Both the position numbers and the translations under genes were made by a program. The notes below the pieces were generated by a model. That model saw only the letters and a program-made list of their open reading frames with translations, ran no database searches and had not been told where the DNA came from. This document shows positions 1 to 9,384 of a stretch of 64,000 bases of DNA, piece after piece; position 1 is the first letter of the stretch; the number at the start of each line of letters is the position of its first letter. This DNA is from an uncultured Sangeribacter sp. (lineage in GTDB: Bacteria > Bacteroidota > Bacteroidia > Bacteroidales > Muribaculaceae), in contig CAZGEX010000007.1 of assembly GCA_964524385.1 (NCBI GenBank), positions 14,487 through 78,486 on the forward strand, read 5' to 3'.

Positions 1-162
1 TTCCACTGTCATTAGAGTCATCTACAGTGAATGTTAAGAGTGTCTGCAGGATAATGATAATATAAACATTATATCTGACAATTATAAATGCAATCCCATT
101 ACATGATTTACTCGACTTATGTTAATCTAAAAGACAGTTCACAAAGATAGTATGTTTTTTCA

Positions 163-197
163 AAATAAAAAAGTCCTCGACATCTCGCCGAGGACTT
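163..197 (-). terminator. Rho-independent terminator downstream of the inositol-3-phosphate synthase gene
   Basis: Perfect 9-bp stem aagtcctcg/cgaggactt (171-179 / 189-197). On the minus strand it is followed by a T-run (the A-run just left of the stem on plus). It lies 29 nt past the stop at 226. Confidence 0.7.
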
Positions 198-225
198 TGA
201 CAGATTTATATTTAGGTAGAAAATA

Positions 226-1533
226 TTAATCGATTTCTTCGTCTGCTTCATAACCACCCATAACGCGGATAGCGTTTTTAAGCATAACATATTGTTGGAA
301 AAGATGATTAACAGGGATTTCATCTTGAGTATAGTCATGCATTGGGCTCTTAAGGAAGAAGCTGAGGAATCTTTGAGTTCCATACCAACCTGCACGAGCA
401 GCGAGGTCGCTGAGCAACACAAGGTCAAGACACAAAGGAGCAGCGAGGATAGAGTCGCGACAAAGGAAGTCGATCTTGATTTGCATTGGGTAACCCATCC
501 AACCAAAGATGTCGATGTTGTCCCATCCTTCTTTATCGTCGTTGCGAGGTGGATAGTAGTTAATACGTACTTTGTGATAGTAATCATTGTAAAGATCCGG
601 TTGATTTTCCGGTACAAGGATAGATTCCAAAGTAGAAAGTTTACTTACTTCTTTTGTACGGAAGTTTGCAGGTTCATCAAGTACAAGACCATCGCGGTTA
701 CCAAGGATGTTAGTAGAGAACCAACCGTTAAGACCGAGGCAACGAGTGCCAATAATAGGAGCAAAGCCTGATTTTACGAGAGTTTGACCTGTTTTGAAAT
801 CTTTACCGGCAATAGGCATTTTAGTTTTTTCTGCGAGTTCCCACATTGCAGGGATGTCAACAGTTGTGTTAGGAGCACCCATAATGAATGGAGCACCTTC
901 CATAAGTGCAGCATAAGCATAGCACATTGAAGGAGCGATATTTTCTTTATCATCAGCCTTCATTGCCGCTTCAAGATCAGCGATAGTGTAGTGAACTTTT
1001 TCATTTACCGGAACATACACTTCAGTAGAAGCGGCCCAAAGCACAACAACACGTTCTACGCCTGTTTCTTTTTTGAAGTTGCGAATATCTTCGCGAACTT
1101 GTTCTGTCATATCCCAACGGTCTTTGCATTCTTTTACATTATCGCCATCAAGACGTTTTGCAAAATTTTTATCGAATGCAGCTTTCATTGGAACGATTTT
1201 AACGAGTTCATCTTTTACCGGTTCAATATCTTTTGCTTTAAGCACTTCGCAGTGAACAGCTGATTCGTAAGCATTTGCAGGATATACATCCCATGCTCCG
1301 AACACGATGTCGTTAAGATCTGCGATTGGAACGATATCTTTATAGTGTAGATATTTTTTTTCTGCACCACGTCCTACGCGAATTTTGTCGTACTGAGTCA
1401 TTGAACCTACAGGTTTTGTCAAACCTTTACGAGCCATCAATACTCCGGTCATAAATGTTGAGCTTACTGCTCCAAGACCTACTACGAGTACACCTAATTT
1501 ACCATTAGATTTTTGTACTATACATTCTGCCAT
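226..1533 (-). CDS. ino1: myo-inositol-1-phosphate (inositol-3-phosphate) synthase
   Basis: 435 aa. The N-terminal Rossmann motif VVGLGAVSS and the overall sequence are typical of bacterial/archaeal MIPS. It heads a cluster with CDP-alcohol phosphatidyltransferase, HAD and NTP-transferase genes. Confidence 0.9.
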   Translation of the reverse strand: MAECIVQKSNGKLGVLVVGLGAVSSTFMTGVLMARKGLTKPVGSMTQYDKIRVGRGAEKKYLHYKDIVPIADLNDIVFGAWDVYPANAYESAVHCEVLKAKDIEPVKDELVKIVPMKAAFDKNFAKRLDGDNVKECKDRWDMTEQVREDIRNFKKETGVERVVVLWAASTEVYVPVNEKVHYTIADLEAAMKADDKENIAPSMCYAYAALMEGAPFIMGAPNTTVDIPAMWELAEKTKMPIAGKDFKTGQTLVKSGFAPIIGTRCLGLNGWFSTNILGNRDGLVLDEPANFRTKEVSKLSTLESILVPENQPDLYNDYYHKVRINYYPPRNDDKEGWDNIDIFGWMGYPMQIKIDFLCRDSILAAPLCLDLVLLSDLAARAGWYGTQRFLSFFLKSPMHDYTQDEIPVNHLFQQYVMLKNAIRVMGGYEADEEID

Positions 1534-1603
1534 AATTCTTTTTAATTTTATGTCGTTATTTGTTATTTCGTAATCCTAAAACTATGTTTTTAAAATTGCT
1601 CGC

Positions 1604-1611
1604 CAAAGTTA
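1604..1611 (-). promoter_or_regulatory. Candidate Bacteroidetes -7 promoter box (TAnnTTTG) for ino1
   Basis: Minus-strand TAACTTTG about 70 nt upstream of the ino1 ATG, inside a 253-nt intergenic gap. Matches the Bacteroides sigma-ABfr -7 consensus. Confidence 0.4.
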
Positions 1612-1786
1612 CTACTTTTTTACCGAATAAAAAAGTGTTTTTTACTTCTTTGACACATCCATTATGTAAAAGTTTCTTAAACAGCGGTCTTTTTAGTTAA
1701 ATTTTACAAATTTATATCCATTATAAACAAATTTGTTAAATTTTACAAAATAAGCACGTCGCTATTTTACTTATTATTCCGACAAA

Positions 1787-2518
1787 TCAGACATTCAAAA
1801 TTTTTTCTATCTCATTAAGTGAGGAAATGATATTTGAATGCATCTGTGCATCTTCTTCTGCCGTCCAACCTTTACCTTTTATCCACAACACTTGACAGCC
1901 TATTGTCTCTGCCGGGACTATATCTTTGCGATAGCTATCGCCAATAACCAACACTTGCGATGGTTCTAATTGAAGAGCCTCAACTCCTAATTCAAAAATT
2001 TTAGGATCCGGCTTTCTGACCCCCACTACTGCACTTTCGACAATTTCTTTAAAATATCTTTTCAAATCAAAGTCTTCAAGCACAGCTTCGACATTGCCAT
2101 AAAAATTTGAAACTAAAACAAGCGGATAATTATTATATAATTTTTCTATCACCGGACGTGCATCTTCTATGCTTGATTTTGCAGCTTCATAGCAATAGCC
2201 TGCTATTTCAATTGCTTTTGCATCCAATGATTGCTGATTTAGAGAGATTACATTCTGCTCTACTAATCTCTTCAACTCGATTTTCATTTTTATGAGTAAG
2301 AGATCATAGAATGTGTGATGAGGTAAAATATGCCGAGTTTTTGCAAGTTCACGCTCTGCATATACATACGCCTCTCTGAAAGCATCCTTTGGGATTATAA
2401 TTACTGCTTTTTTATAAGCATCCCATATCACTTCGCTCCAATGGTCGCCTCGACTATCTATTGTACCACCATAATCGAATATTATTCCGCGAAGTAAATC
2501 TTTATTAATATTTGCCAT
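1787..2518 (-). CDS. HAD-superfamily hydrolase/phosphatase (candidate inositol-phosphate or PI-phosphate phosphatase)
   Basis: 243 aa. HAD motif I-like IIFDYGGTI, motif III K (VRKPDP) and motif IV VIGDSYRKD. The specific substrate is inferred from cluster context only. Confidence 0.75.
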   Translation of the reverse strand: MANINKDLLRGIIFDYGGTIDSRGDHWSEVIWDAYKKAVIIIPKDAFREAYVYAERELAKTRHILPHHTFYDLLLIKMKIELKRLVEQNVISLNQQSLDAKAIEIAGYCYEAAKSSIEDARPVIEKLYNNYPLVLVSNFYGNVEAVLEDFDLKRYFKEIVESAVVGVRKPDPKIFELGVEALQLEPSQVLVIGDSYRKDIVPAETIGCQVLWIKGKGWTAEEDAQMHSNIISSLNEIEKILNV

Positions 2519-3473
2519 TATCTATTTCTTCTACAAAATTAGCACATATTTTCTCGTGACGCATCATCATGTAAATGAGCATCACATTGAGCACTGTCAA
2601 TTCAAATGCAAAATATAGCCACGGCATTCCAATGAATATTGCTGCGAATAAGGCAAAGCATCTGGTATTAAACGACAGCATATTAGTGTATTTCATCAGA
2701 GGCTTGCTCTTCAATCGGAAGTCATCTCTGAATGTTTGAGGTATTTTTTCGCCGAAACAATTTCTTATTCTGTCGCGAAGAACTTGCATTTTGGGCGTAC
2801 GTCGCTCTTGACCGACAGTATAATTCAAATAAAACATCATAAAGAATTTCTGTATGAAATCATTTTTCCAACTTAATGATGCATATTTCTCTTTCATAGG
2901 TTCTGAAGAATCAAGCTCGCTACCTTCTTTCCCTTTTAAAAAGAAAAGGTGGAATTGACGATAATAATCTGCCATCGCCGCTTGAGAAGCGTGACACACT
3001 CCGGTTATTACTGCTATCAGCCAAATCAGCCATGGGCGTTCGGCAAAGAATGGATTATTGAGGTTTTCTCTCATACAAATTGCAATGTAGATAGCAGCAA
3101 ACCAAAAATCTCCACTCACACCATCTAATATTCTCCCTAATCGCGAATATTGTCCTGTCATTCTCGCCAATTGGCCATCAGCACTATCAAATGAATTGGC
3201 CCACACTAACAACAAAACACCTATAAGGTTATAGCATACATCATTGGGATAAAACATAACTCCGGCACCTACACCAAGAAATATCGATGCTATTGTGATT
3301 GCATTAGGGGTTATGCCTAATTTCTTTGCAAGCAACGCCCACATATATCCTATTGGACGATAGAAAATCAAGTCGAAAGTTTCCTCAGTATCCATCGACT
3401 TTAAAGTCGATTTATAAGTTGATTCTTTTTTATCTGTTTTTTTCATTTTTTCCTCTCCACTCTTTGACTTCAT
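2505..3473 (-). CDS. CDP-alcohol phosphatidyltransferase family membrane protein (candidate phosphatidylinositol / PI-phosphate synthase)
   Basis: Signature DSADGQLAR...G...D...D and multiple TM segments. The start is uncertain: ATGs at 3473, 3446 and 3395. The longest form overlaps the upstream ATP-grasp gene by 44 nt. Confidence 0.85.
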   Translation of the reverse strand: MKSKSGEEKMKKTDKKESTYKSTLKSMDTEETFDLIFYRPIGYMWALLAKKLGITPNAITIASIFLGVGAGVMFYPNDVCYNLIGVLLLVWANSFDSADGQLARMTGQYSRLGRILDGVSGDFWFAAIYIAICMRENLNNPFFAERPWLIWLIAVITGVCHASQAAMADYYRQFHLFFLKGKEGSELDSSEPMKEKYASLSWKNDFIQKFFMMFYLNYTVGQERRTPKMQVLRDRIRNCFGEKIPQTFRDDFRLKSKPLMKYTNMLSFNTRCFALFAAIFIGMPWLYFAFELTVLNVMLIYMMMRHEKICANFVEEIDNGKY

Positions 3474-4314
3474 TTATTACACATTTTGCAATCATTGGGG
3501 CGGCTTCCATTCTGCATGGAGCGAAACTTGGCCAATCGTTAAAATCGATTATACGGATTGAGCCATCTGTACCGACAATACAATCACCACCATAAATTTT
3601 AACATCAAGGACATCGGATGCTCTTTGACATATTTCTTTTAGATATTCCTCATCGAATTTCAATCCTTGCGATTTACCATTGATTGCTTCATGTCCGTAT
3701 TTGCTATGTCCGCTTTCAAATGGATAGAACCAATGAAAGAACGGCATGCCACTGACACCATAGAATTTTATCAAATCGCCTTCAAGATGGCGATTAATTA
3801 CAGCTCGTTTGATACCTCGATAGAAATATTCTTGTAACACCTCTTGAGCTTCTTGTACATGGCGACAATAACTGACATCTTCTTTGTGCATGGCATGAAA
3901 ATCTCCTCTTTTTATCCAACACACATTGAAGCCACCTTCTTTAAGTTCTTCTCTGATTTCTTGGTTAGTGTCAACCATCAGACTTTCAGGATAAGGAATG
4001 TTATTGGCAAGTAAAAGTCGTGTCATTCGTTCACGTGTACAATTTTCAATACCATAGCCTGAATTAATCACTAATTTACCTTGATCCTCTAATTCCTGCA
4101 AACGACTGATCGAACCGGATTCTCTGCACATATTGAGAATTACCTCTTCTTCTATATCTTTTGTACGGAATTCTTCCTCGCTATATATATTTACTTCGCA
4201 TCCGCGTTTTCTAAGTTGCTCCGCCACTGCATTAAAGATTGCAGCGTCATTACCTATATGATTGGGAGAATATGCACCGGCTCTCATCACACCGGCTATT
4301 CTTATTTCTGCCAT
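3430..4314 (-). CDS. ATP-grasp fold protein of unknown specificity
   Basis: 294 aa. The layout resembles RimK / inositol-polyphosphate-kinase type ATP-grasp enzymes: central KRGDFHAMHKEDV, C-terminal GGDCIV...IRIIDFNDWPSF. Embedded in the inositol cluster. Confidence 0.6.
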   Translation of the reverse strand: MAEIRIAGVMRAGAYSPNHIGNDAAIFNAVAEQLRKRGCEVNIYSEEEFRTKDIEEEVILNMCRESGSISRLQELEDQGKLVINSGYGIENCTRERMTRLLLANNIPYPESLMVDTNQEIREELKEGGFNVCWIKRGDFHAMHKEDVSYCRHVQEAQEVLQEYFYRGIKRAVINRHLEGDLIKFYGVSGMPFFHWFYPFESGHSKYGHEAINGKSQGLKFDEEYLKEICQRASDVLDVKIYGGDCIVGTDGSIRIIDFNDWPSFAPCRMEAAPMIAKCVINEVKEWRGKNEKNR

Positions 4315-4327
4315 TTCTACAACTTTT

Positions 4328-5041
4328 TTATTGTGCTTCTTTTATAAATTTTTCTGCAGTTTGTATGTCACCGGCGTGATCTACATCTACTATTTTTTCA
4401 AATGGATACCCCTTGAGTTTAAGACCTGACGACACTAATGCCCGTTGATAATTTCTCATTCGACTTACGCCTTTTTCAATACATTCTTCAAGCACATCGA
4501 TTGCAGGCTCTGACAATCCATATATTCCACCTGAAATGTATTTTACTTCCGGCCAAGACTCATCTCTGAAGTTTAGTATATAATTTGCATCGTCGACTTC
4601 TATGTATAGAGGTTTTTCGTCATCAATAAATGATGTCATCGGCATCATTCCGTCAATTTCCGAAGATGACTCAAATGCTTCTACATATTGTTTAAATTCC
4701 TGCTCGCGAAATATTGTATCGACTGTGGTCAAAACAAACTTTCCACGTCCTTTCATCACTCTACTTAATTCGTAGAAACTATGCATCGAACTTGGAGTAG
4801 TTTTAACTACAATTTTAAGTTCCACTGAAATCTTAGTTTTAAGTTGTTCTAAGAAATCTCTTACCTGAGTCATCTGTTCGTTTACAATCACGCTGATTGA
4901 CTCTGCATTTGCAGCCATAAAAAGACGAATTAGACGTTCAATCATAGGGACTCCATTGAGTTCTACTAATGGTTTTGGCTTAGCTATACCTTCTTGTACT
5001 AATCTTGAACCTTCTCCGGCAGCAATTATTCCGTAATTCAT
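4328..5041 (-). CDS. Nucleotidyltransferase (NTP transferase domain; candidate inositol-phosphate cytidylyltransferase)
   Basis: 237 aa. N-terminal GIIAAGEGSRL...KPL sugar/alcohol-phosphate nucleotidylyltransferase motif. Function inferred from context. Confidence 0.75.
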   Translation of the reverse strand: MNYGIIAAGEGSRLVQEGIAKPKPLVELNGVPMIERLIRLFMAANAESISVIVNEQMTQVRDFLEQLKTKISVELKIVVKTTPSSMHSFYELSRVMKGRGKFVLTTVDTIFREQEFKQYVEAFESSSEIDGMMPMTSFIDDEKPLYIEVDDANYILNFRDESWPEVKYISGGIYGLSEPAIDVLEECIEKGVSRMRNYQRALVSSGLKLKGYPFEKIVDVDHAGDIQTAEKFIKEAQ

Positions 5042-5055
5042 AGTTATTCTCTTAA

Positions 5056-6159
5056 TTAAATTTCTTGATCGTCATCTTTTGTAAGGTCGAGTACTTCTTT
5101 ATCTCCACTTCTGTCAACATATTGTTTTTTGAGTGGATTTGCTTTACTTCCGATATAAGTCATTCGATTGCGATATAAATCGACTGCTTTATACACTGCT
5201 TCTCGCATTGATGTGGGATCTGCCATATTTTTCCCGGCGATGTCATACCCTGTACCATGTCCGGGCGATGTTCTTATAAATGGCAATCCCGCAGTTAAAT
5301 TCACTGAAGTTTCACATGCCAAGGCTTTAAATGGAGCTAATCCCTGGTCGTGATACATTGCTATCACTCCATCAAATTTTTCATACATTTTCGATGCAAA
5401 AAATCCGTCAGCAGAATATGGCCCGAATGTCACTATTTTCTGATTATTAGCTTCTTCTATTGCCGGAACTATACTTTCTTTTTCTTCACTTCCTATCAAT
5501 CCATTGTCACCCGCATGCGGATTTAACGACAAAACTGCGATTTTGGGTCGCTCTATGGCAAAATCCTTCCTGAGGGTATTGCTCATATTGCGTATTTTTT
5601 CCAAAACAGAATCTTTTGTTATGGCTGAAGCCACATCCTTAATAGGAAGGTGAGTTGTCACCAATGCTATTCTTAAGTCATCGTTAAAAAGCAACATCAT
5701 CGCCTTATAACCATTTCCATATTCTTGCTCTAAATATTCTGTATGACCTGCGAATTTAAATTCGTCTGACTGAATGGCATTTTTGCTAATCGGAGCAGTT
5801 ACCAACACATCTATATATCCCGACTTTAAAGCATCTACGGCAGCCGACAATGACAGAAATGCAGCTCTACCCGATTCCGGAGTAGCCTGTCCCATATCAA
5901 CTTTAAATTCTTCGTCGCTAATATTTATAAGATTGCACGTACCCTCCTCAATATCCTCAACTGACTTGACCGGAGTGTAATTGAAACCTTCAGCTTCTAC
6001 CACATTTTTATAGTAAGCAATAAGTTTTGCAGAGCCAAAGATGACAGGAGTGCATAGCTCCATCATTCTATCATCTGCAAAAGTTTTCATTATTACTTCA
6101 TATCCTATGCCATTTATATCGCCATGGGTAATCCCAACTCTTACTAATCTCGACATCAT
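5056..6159 (-). CDS. pdxA: 4-hydroxythreonine-4-phosphate dehydrogenase
   Basis: 367 aa. VGITHGDINGIGYEV, GHTEYL and TSPGHGT motifs typical of PdxA. Confidence 0.9.
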   Translation of the reverse strand: MMSRLVRVGITHGDINGIGYEVIMKTFADDRMMELCTPVIFGSAKLIAYYKNVVEAEGFNYTPVKSVEDIEEGTCNLINISDEEFKVDMGQATPESGRAAFLSLSAAVDALKSGYIDVLVTAPISKNAIQSDEFKFAGHTEYLEQEYGNGYKAMMLLFNDDLRIALVTTHLPIKDVASAITKDSVLEKIRNMSNTLRKDFAIERPKIAVLSLNPHAGDNGLIGSEEKESIVPAIEEANNQKIVTFGPYSADGFFASKMYEKFDGVIAMYHDQGLAPFKALACETSVNLTAGLPFIRTSPGHGTGYDIAGKNMADPTSMREAVYKAVDLYRNRMTYIGSKANPLKKQYVDRSGDKEVLDLTKDDDQEI

Positions 6160-6183
6160 ATTTTATTTATAGCAATTTTACTT

Positions 6184-7260
6184 TCAATTCTTTTTCTCTC
6201 CCTTGCCCGCAAGCATTCCGCAAGCAGCCATTATATCTTCTCCGCGAGAAGCTCGTATCGTACAAATAATACCTTTGGAATTCAAATAATTACGGAATAT
6301 TGCCATTTTTTCATCACTTGACGACACTAATTCCACACCCGGTATAGCATGAAAACGAATTAAATTGACGCGACAATCATTCTTTCCAATTAATGAAATC
6401 AACATATCTGCATGTGCCAAATCGTCGTTGACGTTTCGCCACATTATATATTCGAGTGACAATCGTCGTTGATGCGAAAAATCATAGCTTGATAATAACT
6501 TCATTACTGCCGAAATCGGAAATGCTTTTTGAATCGGCATCATTGATGCTCGCTGTTCCGGATCAGCAGAATGAACGCTTACTGCTATATGTACTTGTGT
6601 TTTATCCAAAAGGTCTTTTAATTCAGTCAGTTTTCCAACTGTTGATACAGTGATTCGTTTCGGGCTCCACGCCATCCCCCAAGGAGCAGTCATGATCTCC
6701 AAAACGGTCATCAATTCATGCAAATTATCCAATGGCTCACCCATCCCCATAAAAACCACATTGGTAAGTTCATTCATTGCATCTGACTCAACTGATTTCT
6801 TGGGAGGAATACTCAATATTTGGTTGATTATCTGTGCAGCAGTTAAATTCCCTTTAAAGCCTTGCTTTCCTGTCATACAAAAATAGCAATTCATTCTGCA
6901 CCCTACTTGTGATGACACACACAATGTAGCTCTTTCTTTATCAGGGATATAGACCGATTCAATTTTCTTGCCGCCTCCAACATCGAAAAGATATTTCACT
7001 GTGCCATCAGTTGATTTTAGATTAGAGACCGGCTCTTTGCGACCTATTTCATAATATTCTGACAACCACTCTTTATTCTTCTTGGATATGTTTGCCATCT
7101 CATCAAACGATGTAACACGCTTATCATAAAGCCATTGAGCTAATTGCCTAGCGACAAAGCGAGGCATTCCTCCTTCTTTTACGACTGCCTCCAATTCCGT
7201 CAACGTCATACCTATCAACGGACTTTTAACTCTCTTTTTGCTATTATCGTTTGATTCCAT
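6184..7260 (-). CDS. rlmN: 23S rRNA (adenine2503-C2)/tRNA methyltransferase, radical SAM
   Basis: 358 aa. CVSSQVGCRMNCYFCMTG radical-SAM cluster motif and RlmN-like N- and C-terminal regions. Confidence 0.9.
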   Translation of the reverse strand: MESNDNSKKRVKSPLIGMTLTELEAVVKEGGMPRFVARQLAQWLYDKRVTSFDEMANISKKNKEWLSEYYEIGRKEPVSNLKSTDGTVKYLFDVGGGKKIESVYIPDKERATLCVSSQVGCRMNCYFCMTGKQGFKGNLTAAQIINQILSIPPKKSVESDAMNELTNVVFMGMGEPLDNLHELMTVLEIMTAPWGMAWSPKRITVSTVGKLTELKDLLDKTQVHIAVSVHSADPEQRASMMPIQKAFPISAVMKLLSSYDFSHQRRLSLEYIMWRNVNDDLAHADMLISLIGKNDCRVNLIRFHAIPGVELVSSSDEKMAIFRNYLNSKGIICTIRASRGEDIMAACGMLAGKGEKKN

Positions 7261-7347
7261 ACTATGAAAATCTGATGTTTATTTTTAGTTAAAAGAGTAC
7301 CGACCTTTATTAAGGACGGTACTCAATTACTTTATTATATTTTATTT

Positions 7348-9255
7348 TTATTCAGAAACAAAATTGAAGATTTTATTTTCAATCTTTTTACCATCTCTGA
7401 GCAACAAGTTCAGATTTGGTTGGAATTTTTGAAGATATTTGTTCTTATATGCATCTTCATAAAACTCAGAAGTAACTGTATTTTGAGCTTTTACTTCGTA
7501 AGCATATACTCCGTCAGTTGCTTTAACGACTACAACTTTGCCCGGTTGTGTTCCTACCATTTTTCCTATCACTTTCGGATCACGAACTTCGCGACTTGCT
7601 ATACGGAATTGCTCTACACTTTGAGGTTCTACACCCATTGCCTCTGCTGTTGATTCGATAGATCCTTTGCCTGAGTATTGTTTTACCAATTCATCTCCTG
7701 CCTTAGATGCACGAACAGACATTTCCAATTGTTCTTTAACTTGCTTGTCTGTATATGGAACGTATTCATCATATTCATCCACTACAGCAGCCACATAGAA
7801 CATCGGAGCATTAGCATCACCATTATCATAGATTTCTGACACTTGCCCTTTTTCAGCATCCATAACAGCCCATTTTACAATAGCTTTTGTCGCCGGGTAG
7901 TAACCCATATAACCTTGCATAATTGCAGGTGTCGATGCTGTTACTTTTACAGGAGTGATGTTAGCATATCCTTCTTTCACTGCGTTTTCCGCGAATTTAG
8001 CGGCAGTATTGTTTGCAGTTATAAATTTTTGCAGCTTTGATTTTGCTTCGCTGACAGTCTTTTCACTTGGAACCAAAGAGTAAGATGCAACATCATAATT
8101 ATAAACTTCGATAGAATCTTTCATTTCTTTTGCTCCCATTCTAACTACAGTAAATCCAAGATTAGTATGACCAACCACAGCTACTGAATCTTGTGGTGCA
8201 GATTTTACAAAGTTTTTAACTGCAGGATTTTTGATGTCTGCTTCCGCGAATTTTTCTTTTTTCAATTCCACACCGGCACCTACGAGTTTCTTAGACAATT
8301 TAGCATTTTCGTCTAATTCACTTACTGTTTGTTTAGCAAGTTCTTGAGCTGCTTTTTTATCCTCGTCAGAAGGAGTAACACTTACTGCGATAAAGTCCAA
8401 TGATTTCATCGGCTCTACAACCTTGTAAAGATTTTTATCTTTTTCGTATTCAGCCTTAAGTTCTTCGTCAGATACTGTGTATTTCTTTTCATCAAGAGTC
8501 CCGAATGGTTTGAAAGCCATCACTACGTTCAATGAATTGTTTTCATCATCAAACATTGCTTTTGCATCAAGCTTGTTTGCTTTATAACAATTTGCCAACA
8601 ATGCTTGATAAGTCATTTGCTTAATCATGTCAGCAGTTTCAACTTCAAAAGCGAGCCACATACTTTTGTATGGAGCAACTTGTTCTTCAGTAAAACCACT
8701 ATTTTGTGGGTTAAACAACACTTCGTAAGCATTCGGAATTAAACCGATTAATGCATCTGAATATTCTTGATTTGCTTTTTGGATTGATTGTTCGTCGCCT
8801 GCTTCTACAAGCTTTTTAACATTATCTTCCACATTTTTAGGAAGCATCAACAATCCATTTTGTTGCATTTGAGCCACTAATTGAACAAGATTTTGATTGA
8901 TTGGATTTTCCAATGTATAATATGTAATTTGCTCATTACTTGCCTCGATGCCGAGTTCATCAAGTGATTGATCGAAAAGGCGTTCAAAAATTAAAGCATC
9001 AATAGCTTGTTGACTTAAAGTTTGTTCATCAACTTTTTGTCCGCGACTTTCTGCCATTTCAGAAATTTCGGAAATTTTGTTTTGATACTGAGTGATGTCG
9101 ATTTTTTCGCCATCTACATCTACTACTGTTGTTTGATCGCCAAGGAGGCTTCTGCCATTTGTCAAAGCATCACCAAGGATGAAAGCCAAGAGTGCCGCAA
9201 AAATTACTACGACAAGCAAGACTGATTTGTTTCTGATTTTTTCTAATGTTGCCAT
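7348..9255 (-). CDS. Periplasmic chaperone, PpiD/SurA-N-domain family, membrane anchored
   Basis: 635 aa. N-terminal IRNKSVLLVVVIFAALLAFILGD anchor typical of PpiD-like proteins. A rotamase motif was not clearly recognised. Confidence 0.7.
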   Translation of the reverse strand: MATLEKIRNKSVLLVVVIFAALLAFILGDALTNGRSLLGDQTTVVDVDGEKIDITQYQNKISEISEMAESRGQKVDEQTLSQQAIDALIFERLFDQSLDELGIEASNEQITYYTLENPINQNLVQLVAQMQQNGLLMLPKNVEDNVKKLVEAGDEQSIQKANQEYSDALIGLIPNAYEVLFNPQNSGFTEEQVAPYKSMWLAFEVETADMIKQMTYQALLANCYKANKLDAKAMFDDENNSLNVVMAFKPFGTLDEKKYTVSDEELKAEYEKDKNLYKVVEPMKSLDFIAVSVTPSDEDKKAAQELAKQTVSELDENAKLSKKLVGAGVELKKEKFAEADIKNPAVKNFVKSAPQDSVAVVGHTNLGFTVVRMGAKEMKDSIEVYNYDVASYSLVPSEKTVSEAKSKLQKFITANNTAAKFAENAVKEGYANITPVKVTASTPAIMQGYMGYYPATKAIVKWAVMDAEKGQVSEIYDNGDANAPMFYVAAVVDEYDEYVPYTDKQVKEQLEMSVRASKAGDELVKQYSGKGSIESTAEAMGVEPQSVEQFRIASREVRDPKVIGKMVGTQPGKVVVVKATDGVYAYEVKAQNTVTSEFYEDAYKNKYLQKFQPNLNLLLRDGKKIENKIFNFVSE

Positions 9256-9384
9256 TTTGTTATAGCTATAAATTTTTAATTATCTGATTGTTAGGCTCAA
9301 AACAGACGGCACAAATGCGATTTCACTGCACACTAATCCATTTTTAAGCACGCAAAGATAACATCTTTTACGGAATTAAACAAC

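Noticed and set aside
117-771. Two long ORFs (166 aa on minus, 159 aa on plus) overlapping the 3' half of ino1
   Set aside because: They lie inside or antisense to a strongly supported MIPS gene. They have low-complexity or hydrophobic nonsense-like translations and no motif, so they are shadow ORFs.
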